A stretch of 64,000 nucleotides of DNA, taken from the NCBI GenBank assembly GCA_963742755.1, contig CAVUMU010000002.1, positions 302,265 to 366,264 on the forward strand. The letters run 5' to 3'. This stretch comes from an uncultured Gemmatimonadales bacterium (lineage in GTDB: Bacteria; Gemmatimonadota; Gemmatimonadetes; Gemmatimonadales; GWC2-71-9). Positions 58,083 through 64,000 of this stretch are shown here, piece after piece. Made by a program: the position numbers and the translations under genes. The number at the start of each line of letters is the position of its first letter. The stretch's first letter is position 1. The notes under the pieces are model-generated. The model was not told the origin of the DNA. It did no database searches and saw nothing but the letters and a program-made list of their open reading frames with translations.

Positions 58083-59108
58083 CTTTCAGTCCCATCCCCG
58101 ACGGTCACTCCCACGCATGGGCTCAAGCTGGCGCACACTTACAGCATCGTCGCCTATGACTCCATCACCGGCGACCTCGGGGTAGCGGTACAGTCCAAGT
58201 TTCCCAACGTAGGTGGAATTGTGCCGTGGGGGCGGGCCGGCGTCGGCGCGGTGGCGACCCAGAGTCTGTCGAATACCGACTACGGTGAGCGGGGGCTCGA
58301 CCTCATGGCCCAAAGCGCCACAGCGGAGGAGGCGCTGCGCATCGTGATGCGGACCGATACCATGCTGCAGGATCGACAAGTCGGCATGGTGGATGCCCAG
58401 GGGAACGCGGCCAGCTTCACCGGAGATCGAACCTTTGATTGGGCCGGAGGTCGTGTCGGGTCCGATGCGCCTGCCCGGAGCCCTTCGCCAGTGCGCAGAG
58501 TACCCTCTACGCCGGGACGGCCTGGCGGCCCGATCGGCGGAAAGGGCGAGGTCATCGTGGGCCGGGGTTACGCCGCCCAGGCGAACATCATGGTGTCGGA
58601 TCAGACGGTCAGGAATCTGGCGGAGACCTTCGAACGGACCAGCGGCAGCCTGGCCGACCGGTTGATGGCCGCGCTCAAGGCCGGACAGGCCGGCGGTGGC
58701 GACAAGCGCGGTATGCAGTCGGCTGCCCTCCTGGTGGTCCGAAAGAACGGCGGGTATTTAGGCGCCAACGATCGCTTCATCGACATCCGGGTCTACGACG
58801 CCAGGGATCCCATCGCAGAGCTGGAGCGGCTCCTGGCCCTGCACCGGCTGCACTTCTTCCCCAGCGAGCCGCGCGACCTGATTCCTCTCGGGCCGGCCCT
58901 GGTCGCCAGGCTGGAGCCGATCCTGTTGAGCGAGCCACAAGGCCAGCGGGAGAAGTGGCTCAAGCAGAGGCAGGGCAGGGCCACGCCGGCGTTTCTCCAG
59001 GCGCTGCAGAATTTCATGTACTGGGAGAACTACGACGTGCGGGTGCGGATGGACGGAAAGATCGATCGGGTGGTGCTGGAAGACATCTTAGAAAAACGTA
59101 AGCGGTGA
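57987..59108 (+). CDS. DUF1028 (Ntn-hydrolase fold) lipoprotein
   Basis: Lipobox LAAAC. YSIVAYDSITGDLGVAVQSKFPNVGGIVPWGRAGVGAVATQS matches the DUF1028 core. Confidence 0.8.
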   Translation: MSGKRTTPAFLALLSLAAACISCAPFTVHRSRLSVPSPTVTPTHGLKLAHTYSIVAYDSITGDLGVAVQSKFPNVGGIVPWGRAGVGAVATQSLSNTDYGERGLDLMAQSATAEEALRIVMRTDTMLQDRQVGMVDAQGNAASFTGDRTFDWAGGRVGSDAPARSPSPVRRVPSTPGRPGGPIGGKGEVIVGRGYAAQANIMVSDQTVRNLAETFERTSGSLADRLMAALKAGQAGGGDKRGMQSAALLVVRKNGGYLGANDRFIDIRVYDARDPIAELERLLALHRLHFFPSEPRDLIPLGPALVARLEPILLSEPQGQREKWLKQRQGRATPAFLQALQNFMYWENYDVRVRMDGKIDRVVLEDILEKRKR

Positions 59109-59209
59109 GCGGGCAAGAAAGAGCGTGAGCGGGAAAAACGGGTGCCAGGCGATTCGTTGCGCTTTAACTCCCGCTTACCGCTTACGCTGTTTTTTCCCCG
59201 CTTACGCTT
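59097..59209. repeat. nested double hairpin of GTAAGCG/GTGAGCG units with a T-run
   Basis: CGTAAGCGGTGAGCGGG and AGCGTGAGCGGG pair with CCCGCTTACCGCTTACG and CCCCGCTTACGCT. TGTTTTTT follows the inner hairpin. Confidence 0.8.
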
Positions 59210-59222
59210 TGAGGAGCTAACC

Positions 59223-60773
59223 TTGGCCACTGTAACAGCCCCGTCTAAAGCCTCGGCATCGGGTCGTGACGATACTCGGTTTTTCGGCCACCCGCGCGGC
59301 CTCTCCACCCTCTTCTTCACCGAGATGTGGGAGCGGTTCAGCTATTACGGCATGCGGGCGCTCCTCATTCTTTTCATGACCGCACCGGTCGCCGCCGGGG
59401 GGCTGGGCTTCGACACGGCCAAGGCCGGCCCGATCTATGCCCTGTATGTCAGCTCCGTGTATCTGCTCTCCGTGCCCGGCGGCTGGTTCGCGGATCGGGT
59501 GCTTGGGCTCCGGCGTACGGTCTTCGTCGGTGGCGTCATCATCATGCTCGGGCATATCTGCCTTGCGGTGCCGTCGATCACCACCTTCTATCTCGGGCTG
59601 ACCCTGATCGCCACTGGGACCGGCCTGCTCAAGTCCAACGTCAGTGTGCTGGTCGGCAAGCTCTACTCTCCGGATGACGTCCGGAGGGACGCGGGTTACT
59701 CGATCTACTACATGGGGATCAATACCGGCGCCCTGATCGCTCCGATCATCACCGGCTGGCTGGCTCAAGGGGATTCCTTCAAGCGGATGCTCGCCTCGGC
59801 CGGGATCGCGGTAGAGACCTCCTGGCACTGGGGCTTCGGGGCCGCGGCTGTGGGAATGTTTCTCGGTCTGGTGCAGTACACGATGGGCGGAAAGCACCTC
59901 TCTCCCGACGGACTCTATCCTGTCAGACCAAGCGACCCGGCTGCTGCGGCCAGGGTGGACCGGCAAGTCAGACTGGTGGGACTCGTCACCGGTGGCCTGG
60001 TATTGGCTGCGGTGGTGCTGGTGCTCAGCGGTGTGGTGGGGCTCGACCCCGAAGCGATCTCCCGGAATTTCAAGTGGGTTCTGATTGCCGTCACCGCGGG
60101 ATTTTTCGGCTGGCTGTTTCTCAGCCGCGAGTGGACCCGGGAGGAGCGAAAGGGTCTAGTGGTGATCGCGGTCCTTTTTGCCGCCGCCGTCGTGTTTTGG
60201 ATGGCCTACGAACAGGCCGGCTCGACCCTCAATCTCTTTGCCGATCGCAGCACCAACAACACCATCCTGGGTCACAGCTTCCCCGCCAGCTGGTACCAGT
60301 CGCTTCCGCCACTCTTCATCATCATGTTCGCCCCGGTCTTCGCCTTCGTCTGGGTGCGTCTGGGCAAGCGAGACCCTTCGAGCCCCGCCAAGTTCACCAT
60401 TGCCCTGGCTCTGCTGGGACTTGGTTTTGCGGTGATGATCGGCGCGGCCACCGCCGCCGCCGCCGGTGCGCAGGTCAGCCCCATGTGGCTGGTGGTGTCC
60501 TACCTGCTTCAAACGCTGGGTGAGCTGTTTCTGAGCCCGGTTGGACTCAGCGCGATGAGCAAGCTGGCCCCGGTCCGGATTGCGGGTCTGGTCATGGGAG
60601 TGTGGTTCCTTGCCCTGTCGGTGGGGAACTACCTGGCCGGCATGGCCTCCAGCTTCTACGAGACGATGCCGTTGCCGACGCTGTTCACCATCGTCACCGC
60701 GACGGCCCTTGCCACCGCGCTCGTGCTCGCGTTCTTGATCAAGCCGATTCAGCGTATGTTACAGCGGTCGTAG
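59223..60773 (+). CDS. POT/PTR2 family di-/tripeptide:proton symporter
   Basis: FGHPRGLSTLFFTEMWERFSYYGMRALL signature. The TTG at 59223 follows a GAGGAG RBS. The longer track start lies within the upstream repeat. Confidence 0.88.
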   Translation: MATVTAPSKASASGRDDTRFFGHPRGLSTLFFTEMWERFSYYGMRALLILFMTAPVAAGGLGFDTAKAGPIYALYVSSVYLLSVPGGWFADRVLGLRRTVFVGGVIIMLGHICLAVPSITTFYLGLTLIATGTGLLKSNVSVLVGKLYSPDDVRRDAGYSIYYMGINTGALIAPIITGWLAQGDSFKRMLASAGIAVETSWHWGFGAAAVGMFLGLVQYTMGGKHLSPDGLYPVRPSDPAAAARVDRQVRLVGLVTGGLVLAAVVLVLSGVVGLDPEAISRNFKWVLIAVTAGFFGWLFLSREWTREERKGLVVIAVLFAAAVVFWMAYEQAGSTLNLFADRSTNNTILGHSFPASWYQSLPPLFIIMFAPVFAFVWVRLGKRDPSSPAKFTIALALLGLGFAVMIGAATAAAAGAQVSPMWLVVSYLLQTLGELFLSPVGLSAMSKLAPVRIAGLVMGVWFLALSVGNYLAGMASSFYETMPLPTLFTIVTATALATALVLAFLIKPIQRMLQRS

Positions 60774-60792
60774 GAACAAAACGGAGGCGAGC

Positions 60793-61326
60793 TCAGGCCC
60801 GAGCTGTTTCGTAGATCAGCACCTCTCCCACCTCGTCGTCCTCGTACGAACCCACCGGCCGCATGCCGACCTTTTCGGCCACGTGGACCGCGGGCGTGTT
60901 CCAGACCGGGGCCAGGGCCCGAACGATCTTGACCCCCGGCTGAGCAAAGGCCCAATCCACCATGGCTCGCACCGCTTCGGTCGCGTAGCCGCTTCCCTCG
61001 CGCGCCGGATACATCGCGTAGCCGATCAGCACCGATCCCGCAGGATCGGGCATCCCGCCGAACGCCACCGATCCCACCGCCTCGGCATTGTCCTGGCGCA
61101 CCACCAGCCAGTTCCACCATTGTGCCTCTGCCGGATTCTTCCGCAGACGCTCCTGCACGACCGGCAGTGACTCGGCCATGTAGGGCGGCGGCCCTGCGGG
61201 TGTGGCGAACTCCGCCTGGGTAAGCGAGCGCAGCCGGACCGCGTCGCCATCGAGGAGGGCCTCGACCGCGTCGGCGGTGAGTGGGGTGAGCTGGAGGCGC
61301 TTGGTGTGGACCGCGATGTCGCTCAT
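60793..61326 (-). CDS. GNAT family N-acetyltransferase (RimJ/RimL-like)
   Basis: Acetyltransferase fold motifs (GYAMYPAREGSGYATEAVRAMVDWAF). 4-nt overlap with cydB. Confidence 0.8.
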   Translation of the reverse strand: MSDIAVHTKRLQLTPLTADAVEALLDGDAVRLRSLTQAEFATPAGPPPYMAESLPVVQERLRKNPAEAQWWNWLVVRQDNAEAVGSVAFGGMPDPAGSVLIGYAMYPAREGSGYATEAVRAMVDWAFAQPGVKIVRALAPVWNTPAVHVAEKVGMRPVGSYEDDEVGEVLIYETARA

Positions 61327-62354
61327 GGTTGCCTCGCTCCTGGATCGGCCGGGACAGTCTTGAAGATGTGGAAGAGGTACCAGAGGGAAGGGACCAGCAC
61401 GATTCCCCCCAGCGCCGTGGCAATGAGCAGCGCCCGAAGCGTGGCATGGGGCGCCGCCGAGCCTTCAATGGTGAAGTCGGGAGGAATAAGCAGGGGGTAC
61501 TGGGCCAGCGCCCAGCCCCAGAAGATCAGCGACACCTGGAGGCCCGCGCCGAGTCGGGCCAACCGGAACCGCCGAAACCAGAGCGCAGCAAAGACGGCGA
61601 TCGCGGTGACGCCCGTCGCCAGGTGCAACGGCAGAGCCCAGGGAGACGCCGCCAGTCCGGCCATCACCAGCGGCGCCTGACCCTTCGATAACAGCAGCAC
61701 CAGCGCCGACGCCAGGAAGACCGCGATCCCCGACCCCAGCGCACGGCGCCGGAAGTCCTCGCACAGGTCGTGATCGTGGGTCTCCAGCGTGAGGAACACC
61801 GCGGCCAGAAAGGCGAAGAGGGCCAGGGTCAGCAGTCCGACGCTGAAGGCAAACGGAGTGAGCCAGGGCTCCACGTACTGCGCCACGAAGCCGCCGGCCA
61901 TTTCCCGCCCGACCCGGCCCGTCGCCACCGCCCCGATCGCCGTCCCCAGCAGCACCGGCGTAATTACGCTGGCGCTGGAGAAGATGCGTCCCCAGCGGTG
62001 CTGTGCCGCGTCGTGCTGGCTGTCATAGGTGCGGAAGGTGAACGCCGAGCCGCGCAGCACGATGCCGATGAGCATCAGGGTAAGCGGAATGTGCAGCACC
62101 GTCCCCAGCCGGGCAGCCACCGCCGGAAAACAGGTGAAGGTGAGCACGATGGCAAAGATGAGCCAGACATGGTTGGCTTCCCAGATTGGCCCGAGCGCGT
62201 GCGCGATCACCTCCCGCTGACGATTGCGGCGGGGTCCCGAGGCGAGCAGGTCCCAGACGCCGCCACCGAAGTCGGCCCCGCCGAAGAGAACGTAGGCGTT
62301 GAGCGAGAGGGCCAGCAACCCGGCCATGATCTGGGGCAGGCCGAGCTCAGGCAC
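61323..62354 (-). CDS. cydB: cytochrome bd ubiquinol oxidase subunit II
   Basis: Polytopic protein starting LNAYVLFGGADFGGG. Overlaps cydA by 8 nt. Confidence 0.9.
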   Translation of the reverse strand: MPELGLPQIMAGLLALSLNAYVLFGGADFGGGVWDLLASGPRRNRQREVIAHALGPIWEANHVWLIFAIVLTFTCFPAVAARLGTVLHIPLTLMLIGIVLRGSAFTFRTYDSQHDAAQHRWGRIFSSASVITPVLLGTAIGAVATGRVGREMAGGFVAQYVEPWLTPFAFSVGLLTLALFAFLAAVFLTLETHDHDLCEDFRRRALGSGIAVFLASALVLLLSKGQAPLVMAGLAASPWALPLHLATGVTAIAVFAALWFRRFRLARLGAGLQVSLIFWGWALAQYPLLIPPDFTIEGSAAPHATLRALLIATALGGIVLVPSLWYLFHIFKTVPADPGARQP

Positions 62355-63690
62355 CTGGCACCCCCCGAGGCGTATAGATCCGGCTCCACTCGGCCGGCGT
62401 CGGGCTCCGGATGATCTGACGATAGAGGAGCCACACCACGATCACCCCGAGAAAACAGTAGAGCAGGGTAAACAGCAGAAAGGGCACGATCAGTCCTGGC
62501 ATCGGCGTGACCGCGTCCGCGGTACGGAGCACGCCGTGAATGACCCACGGTTGCCGGCCCACCTCGGTGACGGTCCAGCCGGCCTCGATGGCGATGAAGC
62601 CCATCGGCGCGCCCAGGGCGATCGCCTGAAGCAGCCGCCGGCTGGCAACCAGATCCCCGCCCCGAAGCGCCAGCCATCCGGCCCACAGGGAGACCAGCGC
62701 CAGGTAAGTCCCCAGCGCAACCATGATCTGAAAGGCGAGGTGTACGATCGGGACGTTGGGCCAGTCTTCCCGGGGAAAATCCTTCAATCCCTTCACCACC
62801 GCCCCGGGATCGTGAAAGGCAAGCAGCGAAAGCCCATACGGAATCTTGATGGCGTAGCGCACCGTGCCGGCATCCACGTCGGGCCAGCCTCCCACCGTGA
62901 GCGGAGCTCCAGCCGTCGTCTCGAAATGCGCCTCCATGGCGGCGAGCTTCACTGGCTGGCTCGCTGCCACCTGCCGCGCGCTGATATCTCCCGACAGCGG
63001 CTGCAGCAGCGCAGCGGGGGCGCCCACCAGCAGTGCAACACTCAGCGCGCGGCGATGGAAGGCATTGAGCGGGTCGAACAGCAGGAGGAGGGCGTGGATC
63101 CCAGCGACCGCAAACCCCGTGGCGGTGAACGCGGCCAGCGTCATGTGCAAGGTCTGCTGAAACGCCGCCGGGTTCAGCATCGCGGCGATGGGATCGACGT
63201 TGGTGACCCGGCCTCCCACGATCTCGAACCCGGCCGGTGAGTTCATCCATGCGTTGGCGGTCACCACGAAGATTCCCGAGGCGATTCCGCTCACCGCAAC
63301 AGCCACGCCGGACCAGATGTGCGCCCGGGGAGAGATCCGGTCCCAGCCGTAGAGGTAGATCCCCAGGAAAATGGCTTCGGTGAAGAAGGCAAATCCCTCC
63401 AGGGAGAACGGCATCCCGATGATCCCGCCGGCGAACTCCATAAACTCGGGCCAGAGGAGAACCAGCTCGAAGGACAGCACCGTGCCGGAGACGGCGCCAA
63501 CCGCGAAAAGGATTGCCGTTCCCTTCGACCACCGCTTGGCGAGCTCGAGATAGATGCCGTCGCCGGTTTTCTGCCAGCGCCGCTCGGCGATGACCATGAG
63601 CACCGGCATCCCGATGCCGACTACCGCGAAAATGATGTGGAAGGCCAGCGAGATGGCCATCTGGGAGCGGGCGGCGAGGAGGTCGGACAT
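62347..63690 (-). CDS. cydA: cytochrome bd ubiquinol oxidase subunit I (short Q-loop type)
   Basis: N-terminus LAARSQMAISLAFHIIFAVVGIGMP. GWTVTEVGRQPW motif. 447 aa. Confidence 0.92.
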   Translation of the reverse strand: MSDLLAARSQMAISLAFHIIFAVVGIGMPVLMVIAERRWQKTGDGIYLELAKRWSKGTAILFAVGAVSGTVLSFELVLLWPEFMEFAGGIIGMPFSLEGFAFFTEAIFLGIYLYGWDRISPRAHIWSGVAVAVSGIASGIFVVTANAWMNSPAGFEIVGGRVTNVDPIAAMLNPAAFQQTLHMTLAAFTATGFAVAGIHALLLLFDPLNAFHRRALSVALLVGAPAALLQPLSGDISARQVAASQPVKLAAMEAHFETTAGAPLTVGGWPDVDAGTVRYAIKIPYGLSLLAFHDPGAVVKGLKDFPREDWPNVPIVHLAFQIMVALGTYLALVSLWAGWLALRGGDLVASRRLLQAIALGAPMGFIAIEAGWTVTEVGRQPWVIHGVLRTADAVTPMPGLIVPFLLFTLLYCFLGVIVVWLLYRQIIRSPTPAEWSRIYTPRGVPGA

Positions 63691-63825
63691 GAGGTGAAGG
63701 TATCGCCGAACGTCTCAAGTCGCACCGGGGATGGGCTGCGGGCCTGAATCTTTTGGAATACCGCTCCAGTAGAGCTTCATAGGGACCATCGCAGGGCCAT
63801 CCATCTTTCAATCGCTGGAGGTTAC

Positions 63826-64000
63826 ATGTCGCAACGGTCGTATCGATCGCGCGCGGCGCTGGCCGGTGTCGTCCTGGCCTCACTCGCGGGGTACGGGTCG
63901 GCGGCAGGGCAGGCGGACGGCAGGATCCCCATCACCACTTCATCGGCCGAGGCAAAGGAGCAATACGTGAAGGGCCGCACCCTGGCCGAGAACCTCCGGG
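63826..64000 (+). CDS. hypothetical exported protein (3' end outside window)
   Basis: GGAGG RBS. MSQRSYRSRAALAGVVLASLAGYGSAAGQ is a signal peptide. The frame is open to the end of the window. Confidence 0.45.
   Translation, partial: MSQRSYRSRAALAGVVLASLAGYGSAAGQADGRIPITTSSAEAKEQYVKGRTLAENLR

Noticed and set aside
58441-58560. A compensated double frameshift as the explanation for the DUF1028 insertion.
   Set aside because: I translated the other two frames across the segment and neither yields DUF1028-like sequence. I kept it as a low-interest finding only.

Overview
This is a high-GC chromosomal segment from a diderm bacterium, shown by a Kdo transferase, Mla components, outer-membrane beta-barrels and a porin. 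The gene content and a short ATP synthase epsilon subunit would fit a Gemmatimonadota or FCB-like lineage, but that is only a guess.

I support 66 protein-coding genes, nearly all housekeeping:
- mlaF/mlaD-like genes, a Nudix hydrolase and an AraC-type regulator.
- The F1 ATP synthase genes atpAGDC, followed by small outer-membrane proteins.
- A PRC-barrel stress protein, waaA, a CPBP protease and a DsbA-family protein.
- A TPM / NTase-like / LemA module, an M23 peptidase, and a dnaE-accA-PSP1 operon with metG immediately downstream; hisIE lies upstream of dnaE.
- Three consecutive peptidases.
- A complete lipA-pdhA-pdhB-pdhC-lpdA-(membrane protein)-lipB supra-operon.
- A porin and a XoxF-like PQQ dehydrogenase, flanked by an OFA transporter, a sulfocyanin-like cupredoxin and a TlpA-like redoxin.
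- A translationally coupled hybrid kinase / glycosyltransferase operon.
- DUF1028 plus a POT peptide transporter, and GNAT-cydB-cydA.

I saw no rRNA, tRNA, CRISPR array, transposase, integrase or phage gene.

The most unusual signals are:
1. A dense family of gene-end hairpins whose arms are tandem 7-mers. At least 9 loci carry them. Several supply stop codons in all three frames and the stop codon and last 1-6 codons of flanking genes.
2. Single-base frameshifts in two essential genes, atpG and waaA.
3. A structured leader that ends in an intrinsic terminator 20 nt before a CPBP protease gene.
4. A perfect CRP-type palindrome in front of atpA.
5. A PQQ dehydrogenase with the lanthanide-type Asp-x-Asp motif, no cytochrome partner gene in this window, and a nearby cupredoxin whose axial Met is replaced by Glu.
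6. Two unlisted small membrane ORFs.

Many long ORFs in the track are antisense artefacts of the high GC content and were not called.
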